Position numbers and translations under genes: made by a program. Positions 51,859-60,953 of a stretch of DNA of 64,000 bases are shown one piece after another (positions within the stretch are counted from its first letter, which is position 1; each line of letters opens with the position of its first letter). The DNA lies in assembly GCA_039111155.1 (NCBI GenBank), contig JBCCPL010000009.1, positions 1 to 64,000 of the forward strand, in the 5' to 3' direction. Origin of the DNA: Pseudomonadota bacterium. Lineage in GTDB: Bacteria > Pseudomonadota > Gammaproteobacteria > Pseudomonadales > Halieaceae. The notes below the pieces were generated by a model that was given only the letters and a program-made list of their open reading frames with translations, searched no databases and had not been told where the DNA came from.

Positions 51859-52068
51859 TCAGGCTACCTGACCTGACTGGTGTAGTTGATCATAGAACGC
51901 CTGCTCATGCTCAACCGGTGGTACATAGCCAATAGCGCTGTGCACCCGCTGGTTGTTGTACCAATCGGCCGAGACCAGTGTGGCGTATTCAATGGCTTCG
52001 AAGGTTTTCCACGGTCCCTTTTGTTTAACGACCTCCGTCTTGAAGAGGCCGATAACGCTCTCGGCCAT
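51859..52068 (-). pseudogene. C-terminal fragment of an IS3-family OrfB (rve integrase) remnant, truncated by the intact IS insertion
   Basis: 'ADWYNNQRVHSAIGYVPPVEHEQAFY' matches the conserved C-terminal end of IS3-family integrase-core transposases. Upstream part is interrupted about 100 bp away by the IS at 52168. Confidence 0.6.
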
Positions 52069-52228
52069 CGCGCTATCGTGGGAGTCGCCCTGACCTGCCC
52101 GGAGATTTTCGAGCCTCTAGAAACTTGAGAGACTGGCCCTCGTGAAGGAGCGAGAGCTATGCGAAGCTGTAATGACCCAGTGAATAACTGCACACGGTAT
52201 AGTCGCTCCGATACTTGAGGGCATCACC

Positions 52229-52540
52229 ATGATGCAAGAACCCGAAATCAAACGCTGGACGGCCAAACGTAAGGCAGAGCTGATTAAGCAAATCTATCGA
52301 GGGCAGACGACACTTCCAGAGGCTGCCCGGGAGTTTGATCTGACACAGGCTGAAATAGAGAGCTGGATGAACGATGCCGAGGCCGGCATGGAGAACGCGC
52401 TAAAAGCCAACCCTAAAGACATCACCGAGCAATATGAGAAACAGCTAAGTGAGCTCAAGGAAGCGTATGGCGAAGCCATGCTCGAGGTGAAGTTTCTAAA
52501 AAAGTTACAACGCCATCTCGCCTCGACCGAGGAGTCGTAG
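52229..52540 (+). CDS. IS3-family transposase OrfA (HTH)
   Basis: 'TLPEAAREFDLTQAEIESWM' HTH and C-terminal leucine-zipper-like 'LSELKEAYGEAMLEVKFLKKLQ'. Confidence 0.85.
   Translation: MMQEPEIKRWTAKRKAELIKQIYRGQTTLPEAAREFDLTQAEIESWMNDAEAGMENALKANPKDITEQYEKQLSELKEAYGEAMLEVKFLKKLQRHLASTEES
52497..52503 (+). other. A-AAA-AAG slippery heptamer for programmed -1 ribosomal frameshifting (OrfA-to-OrfAB)
   Basis: 'ttctAAAAAAGttac' lies within the 3' end of orfA; orfB is in the -1 frame (orfA frame 2, orfB frame 1). Confidence 0.7.
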
Positions 52541-52557
52541 AGCAATTCATTGCTGAG

Positions 52558-53358
52558 ATGGCTGCGCAAGATTGCCCGATCTCGATCAGCAAGGCCTGTG
52601 CGCTGGCTGACCTGTCACGTCGCACGTATTACTACAAGCCCAAGCGTCGCCGACCGAAGGTGAATGAGTTCCTGATACAGCGCATCAAACGGGTGATCGA
52701 TGCCTTGCCGTACGCGGGCTACCGTACAGTGGCCTGGCTGCTGGGCGAGAACAAGAACACCGTACAGCGGATCTTCCAGATCAAGGGCTGGCAGGTTAGG
52801 AAACGCAAATCCGGTCATCGACCGCGCGTGCGATCCTTGCTTTCGGCAGCGTCCAGGCCGAATGAACGCTGGGCGACGGATATGGCAAGAGTCTGGTGCG
52901 GCGATCAGCACCGCTGGTGTGCACTGACATTGGTCATGGACTGCTTCACGCGGGAGCTCATCGGTTGGCGGCTTAGCCCCACGGGCAACGCCAAAGCTGC
53001 TGAGGCGGCGTTGGAAGAAGCCCTGATCAGCCGCTACGGCATCTTGGGTCGGGCCCAAGATGACCTGACGATTCGATCGGATAATGGCTTAGTCTTCACC
53101 AGTCGGCGGTACACCCGAACGGTGTATCGCTATGGCCTGAAGCAAGAGTTCATCCGCCCTCACACGCCACAGCAAAACGGTATGGTTGAGCGGCTGATAC
53201 GATCTGTAAAGGAGCAGTGCCTGTGGCTCCGTAATGTTGCCTCATTGGACGAGGCTAGGCAGGCATTGGGGGCTTGGTTTCGTTATTACAACGAGCAGCG
53301 ACCCCATCAGGCCCTGGGTATGAAAACGCCCAGGGAAACCTATAGATTAGCGGCGTAG
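52558..53358 (+). CDS. IS3-family transposase OrfB (DDE integrase core, rve)
   Basis: 'WATDMARVWCGDQHRWCALTLVMDCFTRELIGW', 'IRSDNGLVFTS', 'RPHTPQQNGMVERL' DDE motifs; its upstream reading frame extends back into orfA, as in frameshifted fusions. Confidence 0.85.
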   Translation: MAAQDCPISISKACALADLSRRTYYYKPKRRRPKVNEFLIQRIKRVIDALPYAGYRTVAWLLGENKNTVQRIFQIKGWQVRKRKSGHRPRVRSLLSAASRPNERWATDMARVWCGDQHRWCALTLVMDCFTRELIGWRLSPTGNAKAAEAALEEALISRYGILGRAQDDLTIRSDNGLVFTSRRYTRTVYRYGLKQEFIRPHTPQQNGMVERLIRSVKEQCLWLRNVASLDEARQALGAWFRYYNEQRPHQALGMKTPRETYRLAA

Positions 53359-53404
53359 CTGTGCAGTTTTGGCTGGGTCATTACATCGGCCCAAGCAAAG
53401 GGCT

Positions 53405-54202
53405 TCAGATCGGCGTGAACTTCAGCCAGATTTGCTTGTTGATCGTTGGGCGATTGAGCTCTTCTACTGCTAAGTCTGTTGATCGCGCTGCGGCTTCGAT
53501 GTAAGCAAACGTATACCTCACCACAGCGATAAATCGCTGGTCATCTATGTCAAGCGAATCTCCGACAGCCTCAATCCCGGACGTCCTATTAGGCACCGTG
53601 TGGTAGTGCGACTTAGAGTCTTCTCGCCAGTAGGAAGCCAGAAACACACCCGCCGGACAGGTCGTTCTGAAGCTTTTTAAGATTGACGTAAGCATTCCGG
53701 GCGCTGTGTGGGTCAGGATTGAACGAGCAATGACGTAGTCAAACTGCTCGTCGAAAACCCCAAAGTTGTTTTCGTTGCTGAAGCTAAAACGCGGACGCTT
53801 AAACTCTTGAAGCTCCTCGCCAATGCCAAGCTCAAGGCCAGCTTCCACGCCTTTGCGAAACGGTTCGATCCCAAAGTAACAACCCTCATCCAGAAATCGT
53901 ATTAACCAGTACCCGAGACGCAAAGAGCCGCATCCAAAATCCAAAAGCTTATGCGATGGAAGCAGTCCCTCCGAAAGCAAAGTAGCGAGAGCGTCTCGAC
54001 CCACCGCCTCAAAGGACTTTACCGGACCACCGGAGTAACGGCCCGTTCGTTTCTCTATCTCGACCGCGAGCTTTATGAGCTCTGGGTTGGCTTCTACGTC
54101 TTCGGCTTCTACTAGCCTTTGCGGTTCAGTGCCTACGAACGGCTGAGAACTCACCGTTCTACCAAGCCCAGAGACAAACGCCCGTAATCCAAACAAGTCC
54201 AA
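53405..54202 (-). CDS. class I SAM-dependent methyltransferase
   Basis: Motif I 'LLDFGCGSLRLGYWL' and motif post-I 'YFGIEP'; 265 aa. Confidence 0.65.
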   Translation of the reverse strand: MDLFGLRAFVSGLGRTVSSQPFVGTEPQRLVEAEDVEANPELIKLAVEIEKRTGRYSGGPVKSFEAVGRDALATLLSEGLLPSHKLLDFGCGSLRLGYWLIRFLDEGCYFGIEPFRKGVEAGLELGIGEELQEFKRPRFSFSNENNFGVFDEQFDYVIARSILTHTAPGMLTSILKSFRTTCPAGVFLASYWREDSKSHYHTVPNRTSGIEAVGDSLDIDDQRFIAVVRYTFAYIEAAARSTDLAVEELNRPTINKQIWLKFTPI

Positions 54203-54263
54203 AGCAAAAATTCTCGTCGCTATATTGAGTTGCTCTTGATCTCTCGCTGTTGCTACTTTGAGC

Positions 54264-55286
54264 CTACGCGGCCTCCGAATCCGAAAGAAACTTTGCTAGT
54301 AGCCTAGTCGCGTCCTCCCATGGCGGATCCGTGCCGTGGGTTGGGTAAACGAGGCCAGGCTCATTGAAAAGATCGTCCCGACCGAACCATTTCTGAGCGA
54401 CTCTGCGGTTTGATTCAATGAATGCTGTATTGAATTCTTCTGCTTCGGAGCGCGGAGGTAGAAGAGGAGTCCCGACCTCCGCGCCTTGAAGAAATCGATC
54501 GAGCTTTTCTCTTGTAGGAGCTACCTCATCGCGACGTTCAAAATTGAGTCGGTTGAAGGTCAGCATCGCCAGCTGCCCTGCTGCATCGTAAGATCTATTG
54601 ACCGGCCTTTCTTCGATTTTATTGGGCAGAGTGCAGCCGATTCGCTCAAAAAAATCGGCTATGACATTGCCTGAAACCAGCGATGAGCGTTCATAAACGT
54701 AGGGTGTGACATTGCTATGGCCAACGGCTGAGGCCCAACGATCGAGCAGAGATTCGAAGTCAAAGAAGTCAGGAAGATTGGGTTTGCATTTCCTGATTCC
54801 GAGAATCGGCAGAATGAAAGGCGGTACGAATCCGCCCCGTAGCTTTTGCGTGTAGAAACTAAGTGCCATACGTTCTTGCGGCCGCAGGTAACAGATGACC
54901 CTGATTTCAGTGAAGTATTCTTTAATCGAGTCAACGAAGTGCCCCACCTCGCGATTAGATGTCAACCGCGACTGGAAGTGCTCAGAGGTGATCAACATCG
55001 TATCCACTTTTCTTCTTTGCCTCTGAACTTGCTTTGAGAGGGACTCCAGTAGCGCGCCTCTCCGGTCCTCCCGAGCCCTTGGCGTTACAAGATTTGCAGC
55101 CTGGAGAAAATCATCGTTCTTGGTGCTATCCATGAATACACAGGCAAGCTCTAGATGATTTGCGCCTTCTAGAAAGTCCGGAACCATAATTCCAGACCGC
55201 AGGATTCGATAGCGGTTCTCTTGTATGTACTGTTGAAGCGCTGTCGTGCCCGTCTTCTCAGTGCCGATATGTAGTAAGAGCCGCAA
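54264..55286 (-). CDS. sulfotransferase-family-like P-loop protein
   Basis: N-terminal 'LLLHIGTEKTGTTALQQYI' resembles the 5'-PSB loop of bacterial sulfotransferase-family proteins (K-[ST]-G-T-T); weak recognition. Confidence 0.4.
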   Translation of the reverse strand: MRLLLHIGTEKTGTTALQQYIQENRYRILRSGIMVPDFLEGANHLELACVFMDSTKNDDFLQAANLVTPRAREDRRGALLESLSKQVQRQRRKVDTMLITSEHFQSRLTSNREVGHFVDSIKEYFTEIRVICYLRPQERMALSFYTQKLRGGFVPPFILPILGIRKCKPNLPDFFDFESLLDRWASAVGHSNVTPYVYERSSLVSGNVIADFFERIGCTLPNKIEERPVNRSYDAAGQLAMLTFNRLNFERRDEVAPTREKLDRFLQGAEVGTPLLPPRSEAEEFNTAFIESNRRVAQKWFGRDDLFNEPGLVYPTHGTDPPWEDATRLLAKFLSDSEAA

Positions 55287-56043
55287 AGTAGATCCCGCTC
55301 CTCAAATGCGTGTGCATGACGAGAGAGCTAAACTTGAAATCTTCACCGTCATTGTGCCGGCACGTTACGGTAGCAGTTAGTTCGTTGCCATCGTCTGCTG
55401 TCACGACTTCGAAGCAGCGTTTTTAGTCGCCCGCATTCGTCGCGAAAAATAGGCCCTGGGGCATGAATCGCCAGATCGACTCCCTGGTTTGTACCGTGGG
55501 ATCACTATTGATCTTCATGGTCAACGACTCTGACAAGCGTTCGCTCTGGCTCGACGCTGAACTGAAAGAAATCTGCAAACCGGTGATATGCGCATCCTTG
55601 GCGATGGATTTACTGCCCAGCTTCCAGACCTGCGCCGTACCAGCAACCGGCTTTTTCGGTCGCAACGTGAGCGCCAGTGTTTTGCTTTCCGGACGGGGAA
55701 CTTCGATTAGCACAGCAGTGAGCCTGGAATATAAGAGCTCACGAAAATATCGCCCGCACGATGACAACGCTATTTCAGAGTCTTACCACTTACACCGCAG
55801 CCGTTGCCTGCTAAGTCGCTCGTTAAGTCGCAATTTGAAAAGGGGCCTTTGCAGGAGCGGGGCAACGTGTAGAGGCCGACCCCGATTGTTGGACGGCGCT
55901 TTGGTCGTACACAAGCAATTCTTGCGGTGGCCAATGAACAAGGACAAGGCGTGAATCCGGACACGTTGCGTCTTCTCCGGTAGCTCTGCCTCACAGCGTT
56001 CAGTGCGCCCTATCTATCTCGCTCTCATCCACTGGGCCTCTTC

Positions 56044-56088
56044 AATGAGTGGTCCAACTCATTAACTTTATATACAAAAGTTAATGAG
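56044..56088. repeat. nested inverted repeats AATGAGT / ACTCATTAAC / GTTAATGAG in a gene-less AT-rich stretch
   Basis: AATGAGT (56044-56050) pairs with ACTCATT (56057-56063). ACTCATTAAC (56057-56066) pairs with GTTAATGAG (56080-56088) around a 13-nt A/T loop. Confidence 0.4.
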
Positions 56089-56757
56089 CCGCTGTGGTCG
56101 ATTCTGCGGTTATGTCGTTGCATATTGAATTTTTACTCATACCCTGTGCGTGATCCGACTAAAACCGATGCCATGCTTTGAAGCCAGTGAGCGTCGGCGT
56201 TTATCCTGGTCTGATGACTGCTGACAACCGACAAGCCCAGTGCCGGGCGAGGATTTGGTGTCGAGAATGCTTTTTGGTCAAGTTCGCCTATCCTACTTGT
56301 CTGGACTAAATTGCTTATTTACCAGCACCTACAGTAGATCGCTCAGACCGCAGGCGTTCGGTCAAGCAATCGCCGTTCTGGAGTCGACAGTACATCGTGT
56401 CGAAGCAAAGGCCATCGTGAGGAATTGCCTCAACCGGTGATCGCGAGGGAGTGCATTCACCCCCATGCAGCCAGAAACGATGATGTAGGCGGCAAGCTAC
56501 GAGCCCGTTTCGAGCAACGGCACCCATATACGTTGCCTGTGGTGCGGTAGTCGTGAACAGGGGCTGTTTCGAGCTGGCGCTGTATTAGGGGCCGTGACCA
56601 CACGACAGACTTTGGTGCTCTCCACACTCTTTGCTGGAGTTGAATTCTGTTGACAGCGTAGCAGCGAAGATTTCACTTGATCTCTAGTCGTCTTTGCCGG
56701 GGAACAAGAACGTCAAACTCTGAAGAGATTAATTTGGCCTGAGAAAAGGACTGCGAA

Positions 56758-57897
56758 ATGGATAGTATTGTCGGGCGCCGAGAATTTCTCGTAACGAGCG
56801 GTCTCGTTGCAGCCGGTTTGACCGCTGGCTGCGCAACAGAAGCAGGACCGGAAGCCACTTCGAGCGGTCTGGCCGTCATGCCAAATTCGGACGGCCTTGT
56901 TCGACTGAATTTGGCGGAAAACGCCTGGGGCTGTTCAAAAAAAGCTTATGAAGCCATCGTGAATCACGCTCACGGCGTTAATCGCTATGCTGGCGCTGAG
57001 AAGGAGGCGTTGATCGCACATATTGCTGAGACCAATGGAGTCTCGGCGGATCAGATCGTTCTGGGCAATGGATCTAAGCCGATTCTTGCTGCAGCGGGCG
57101 CGGTGTTCGCGCGCCGCAGTGGTCGGTTGGTCACATCTGACCTGACCTATCTCGTTCTCAACAGTTCGGCCGAGCAGTTTGGCACCGAACTCGTTCGGGT
57201 TCCGCTCACGGAAACCGATGATTGGGACTTTGCCTCGATGGTGGCGGCCTTAAATGACGAAACGATCGGCACATATGTGTGTAATCCAAACGGCCCCACG
57301 GGCCGTCTCTGTGATCCTGTTGAGCTGCGTGCCTTCGTGATTGAAGCGGCAAGATATGGGCCGGTCTTTGTGGATGAGGCGTACCTTGATATGTCGCCCG
57401 ACTATCCGGCCAATTCCATGGTTGGTCTGGTCGCCGAAGGGCACAACGTCATCGTCTCTCGTACCCTGTCCAAAATGCATGGCCTCGCCGGTCAACGCCT
57501 GGGCTATGCGATGGGGCCAGCTGAACTCGTCGCGAGCATCCAAAAGCTCCTAACAAACCACGTTAACCTTGCTGGTCTGGTCGCCGGCTTAGCGAGTCTG
57601 GAAGACATTGCGTTCCAGGAGGAGATGCGTGAGCGTTTCAAACTTGGGCGCGCACGGCTCGTCGGTTTGATCGACGATCTGGGCCTCAATTACGTTCAAG
57701 CACCGATGCACAATGGCGTTCTGTTCGATGTAGGTACGCCCGTACCCGACTTTCACAAAAAGATGCTGTCAGAAAACATACTCGTTCGAAGCGGCGGCTA
57801 TGGTGGTGAGCGAGCAACATGGACCTCCATTTGTGTCGTCACAGAGTCCGAAATGGACAAGGTTGAGATTGCGATGAAAAAAGTCTTCAAAGCGTAG
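56758..57897 (+). CDS. Tat-signal (possibly lipidated) class I/II PLP aminotransferase (HisC-like fold)
   Basis: N-terminal twin-arginine motif 'GRREFLVTSGLVAAGLTAGCA' (RRxFL then lipobox-like LTAGC). Mature domain has aminotransferase class I/II motifs ('GSKPIL', 'FVDEAY', 'RTLSKMHGLAGQRLGY' with Lys for PLP). Confidence 0.7.
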   Translation: MDSIVGRREFLVTSGLVAAGLTAGCATEAGPEATSSGLAVMPNSDGLVRLNLAENAWGCSKKAYEAIVNHAHGVNRYAGAEKEALIAHIAETNGVSADQIVLGNGSKPILAAAGAVFARRSGRLVTSDLTYLVLNSSAEQFGTELVRVPLTETDDWDFASMVAALNDETIGTYVCNPNGPTGRLCDPVELRAFVIEAARYGPVFVDEAYLDMSPDYPANSMVGLVAEGHNVIVSRTLSKMHGLAGQRLGYAMGPAELVASIQKLLTNHVNLAGLVAGLASLEDIAFQEEMRERFKLGRARLVGLIDDLGLNYVQAPMHNGVLFDVGTPVPDFHKKMLSENILVRSGGYGGERATWTSICVVTESEMDKVEIAMKKVFKA

Positions 57898-58425
57898 TCT
57901 TGGAGCACGTACACACATCGTTCGGCGGATAGATTTCGATCAATCTTTTTGGAAGCATAGCGACTTGTAGGATAGAGATATGTGGTGGAGGACAGGCCTA
58001 CCCGCCAAATCGAAACCAGTTTCGAGGCGCTCGCCGGTGAAGTCCGACCTTTCAACGATTCACTGTTTTTTTGAATGCCTCGTCAACAGTCGTTAAGGCG
58101 CTCTCTTCCACCCGATGCATTACCGCGTTCTGCATACGAGTTGACGGAGCCCAATCGGCACGCAGAGAAGAGAACAGCGCATATTCCGTGTTAAGCCATT
58201 GAATTTACAAGTTTGAATGAACTCTAAAGCTGCAATTTGATCTGGCGGTGTGGCAGACATGCAATCGACGATGTGGGGCCGAGCACGAAAGTCGTGTTGA
58301 AGAACCAGCTATCGAGGGCAAGTGTCGGCTAGTCTGATCACCGACATTAGCCTACCTGTTCCAATGTCAGGTAGTTAAAGCAATGTTGAGGGGCGCAGAA
58401 AATCCAGTAGTAGGGCGGCAGATCT

Positions 58426-59676
58426 ATGGCTAAGGATTCCGGAAGTACTGTGTCGGTTGACTCGGGCGTAAGCCGCCGAACGTTTGGTAAGACGGCTTTA
58501 GCTTCGACTCTGCTGCTGGGCACCCCATCGGCTTCGGGCGCAACGGAAGTGATCGGAGAAACAGATACCGGATACTTTCTTCCTTGGGTCGAGACTCGTA
58601 CTGAAGCCCTTCGTCATAATGCATCTGTCATCTCGGCAGCGACGGGCGGGCGCCAAATTGTCGCGGTGGTAAAGACAAACGGTTACGGGATTGGTGACAT
58701 CGCAGTTGCCCAATCCCTGGACGACGCGCCTGCGGTTTGGGGCACGATGGTCGTGCGACCAGAAGAAGCGCTACGGCTTGCGAGAGCCGGAATCCGCAAA
58801 CCGGTTCTTTTGATGGGAGCCAGAGTCGATCAGACGACGGCTCGTGAACTTGTTTCTCGCGGCGTGCGCTTATCACTCACTTCGCTCGACGAAATCAAGA
58901 TGCTCGCCAACGTCGCTAGCGAGTTAGGTGAGCCGATCCCGGTACATCTGGAGATCGACACTGGTTACGGGCGAATGGGTGCTCTCTACTCTGAGACCAA
59001 GCTTTGGGCCCGCGAACTCATGGATGCTAATCATCTGCGGTTGGAGGGCGTTTCCACCTATTACGTAGACGATGAAGCAGTCACAAACACGCAGATCGCA
59101 CGCTTCAATACGGCGCTCGCGCAGATCACCGCGGCCGGTTTGCGGCCAGAGATAATCCACGCACCCCACTCCAATCCGATTCTCGGCCGGCCGCAGACAC
59201 TGAAGGGGTGCAATGCTACTCGACCCGGACTGATCATTTACGGCGTCTATCCAAACGCTCGACGATGGCAGGCGAGTCGTCTGGACCTGCAGGTTGCGCA
59301 TCGACTCATGACCCGTATCTTGCGCGTTGAAAAGCTAGAGCCCGATCACGGAGCCATCGCCGGACTGCCGATTAAGCTGTCGGTACCGCGCTACTTCGCA
59401 ACTATCGGCATCGGCGTTCATGATGGCCTGCGATACTACCCAGCGCGGGGAAGAACCAAACGTGTGGAAATACGCGGACGCCTTTACAACGCCACTGAGG
59501 GACGCAACTACAACCATATGATGATTGATCTCGGCGAGGCAGAAACTGACGTCACTGCGGGTGATATCGTAAAGATCTTCAGCTGGGAGCGCCCTGAACT
59601 CCATCCCAATTCCGATGTGGACACCGCTTATTGGCAAGCGTTTTACGGACCCGATATCCGTAGGACAACGCTGTGA
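58426..59676 (+). CDS. Tat-signal alanine-racemase-like PLP enzyme (periplasmic amino-acid racemase candidate)
   Basis: 'SRRTFGKTALASTLLLGTPSASGA' Tat-type signal. Mature region begins with the alanine-racemase N-domain 'VAVVKTNGYGIG' (PLP-lysine) and includes the C-terminal beta domain; 416 aa. Confidence 0.7.
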   Translation: MAKDSGSTVSVDSGVSRRTFGKTALASTLLLGTPSASGATEVIGETDTGYFLPWVETRTEALRHNASVISAATGGRQIVAVVKTNGYGIGDIAVAQSLDDAPAVWGTMVVRPEEALRLARAGIRKPVLLMGARVDQTTARELVSRGVRLSLTSLDEIKMLANVASELGEPIPVHLEIDTGYGRMGALYSETKLWARELMDANHLRLEGVSTYYVDDEAVTNTQIARFNTALAQITAAGLRPEIIHAPHSNPILGRPQTLKGCNATRPGLIIYGVYPNARRWQASRLDLQVAHRLMTRILRVEKLEPDHGAIAGLPIKLSVPRYFATIGIGVHDGLRYYPARGRTKRVEIRGRLYNATEGRNYNHMMIDLGEAETDVTAGDIVKIFSWERPELHPNSDVDTAYWQAFYGPDIRRTTL

Positions 59677-59849
59677 TGTTGCGGCGACGACAGGTCCTTA
59701 AAGCGGCAGGTTGTTTGCCCCTAGCAGGTGTACTGACGACCCAGTCACAAACCTTGTATGCGGCACGGGTCGACGATGCGCACCCAGCAAAGCGCGATGG
59801 CTGACGTACGTAGGGCAAAAACTGAGGCTCGTAGCGAAGGTGACCGAGA

Positions 59850-60758
59850 GTGCCCAAACCTACCCTAATGATCGACTCCTCAATCCGCCCTACCGACAAT
59901 GCAAAGGGCTGCGTAGATGAGAATGGGCAACACTCGTTCGCCGGGTTTACTCAGAGAATCGAAAGACTGGTTGAGCTTTGGCAACTGGCCGACGTAGTGC
60001 CATTAACAAATCTCTCCGTTAACTTCTTAGCAAACGCGATTCGCGACGGTCAGAGGGTTGTCCTTAAGATCGGTCGGGAAGAAAAGGCTATTCATCGAGA
60101 AAGCAGCTGGCTTACACATTACGGCCAACACACCTCCCGCGTGGTTGTCCCAGTATTGGAGCGCGATGGCCATGACGCTTATCTTATGCCACGACTTGAT
60201 CCCGGGATAAGTGTGGATCGCATCCCCGATGACACTGCGACTGAGATAATCGGAAGCTGTATTAACAGTCTTACCGAATCCTCCACAACGATTCCGCTGG
60301 AGCCAAGCTATCCCAATCTCCGAGAATGGTTCACTCTCCTAGAGCACACTAGCGAAGCGTCACGGCGCAAGCTCTGCAAACGTATCGACCGGGCGTACGG
60401 TCTATTCTGCGAGTTAGTGCATGCCAGTGAGTCAAGACTACTGCATGGCGACCTCCACCATTACAACTTACTCAACGACAATAATTGCTGGATCGTAACG
60501 GATCCTAAAGGGGTCATCGGTGATCCGAGTCATGAGTGTGCTGCCATGCTCCGCAATGCGTTGGGATCTCTTCACGGCGCAGTTTCGCGTGGAGTCCGTC
60601 GTCGTGTTGACCAACTGGCATCGATCACTGGTTTCGAAGCGAGTCGCATCGCCGCCTGGGGCTACGCCCAGAACGTTTTGTCGTGTGCTTGGGCACTCGA
60701 AGAAGACCCGTACACCGATGTCAGTGAAGTTCTAGTGGTGGTTGATGCACTTGAGTAA
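59850..60758 (+). CDS. aminoglycoside phosphotransferase family protein, APH(6)/StrB-like
   Basis: 'LLHGDLHHYNLLNDNNCWIVTDPKGVIGDPSHE' (catalytic HGDLHxxN plus D motif) matches the streptomycin-6-kinase-like family; 302 aa. Confidence 0.65.
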   Translation: MPKPTLMIDSSIRPTDNAKGCVDENGQHSFAGFTQRIERLVELWQLADVVPLTNLSVNFLANAIRDGQRVVLKIGREEKAIHRESSWLTHYGQHTSRVVVPVLERDGHDAYLMPRLDPGISVDRIPDDTATEIIGSCINSLTESSTTIPLEPSYPNLREWFTLLEHTSEASRRKLCKRIDRAYGLFCELVHASESRLLHGDLHHYNLLNDNNCWIVTDPKGVIGDPSHECAAMLRNALGSLHGAVSRGVRRRVDQLASITGFEASRIAAWGYAQNVLSCAWALEEDPYTDVSEVLVVVDALE

Positions 60759-60953
60759 CGACAGTCTACAGTTGGCCAAAGCCGCGTGACCCCTACCGCG
60801 GAAAATATCGCTGCAGCCGTTCAGAAACAAAGGAATGGATAGCCCCGCTTTTCAAGTTCGAACTCGGAGAGAGTTCGCAACGCAGTGCCGATCCGCTATC
60901 AGAACTGATTAGTCTGTTTCGAGAACCGCTCTAGCTGCCCCGCATTATCATGA

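Larger units (their letters stand above)
52168..53385 (+). mobile_element. intact IS3-family insertion sequence (~1.22 kb) with orfA/orfB and programmed -1 frameshift
   Basis: Terminal inverted repeats: left TGTAATGACCCAGTGAATAACTGCACA (from 52168), right ...TGTGCAGTTTTGGCTGGGTCATTACA (to 53385). Internal orfA (HTH) and orfB (DDE/rve) in the -1 frame relation. Confidence 0.8.

Noticed and set aside
55423-55954. Mutually overlapping 114-aa (-) and 163-aa (+) ORFs in the AT-rich gap
   Set aside because: Neither shows a recognisable domain or convincing start/RBS. They may be remnants of a degraded gene or mobile element, but I cannot support a call.
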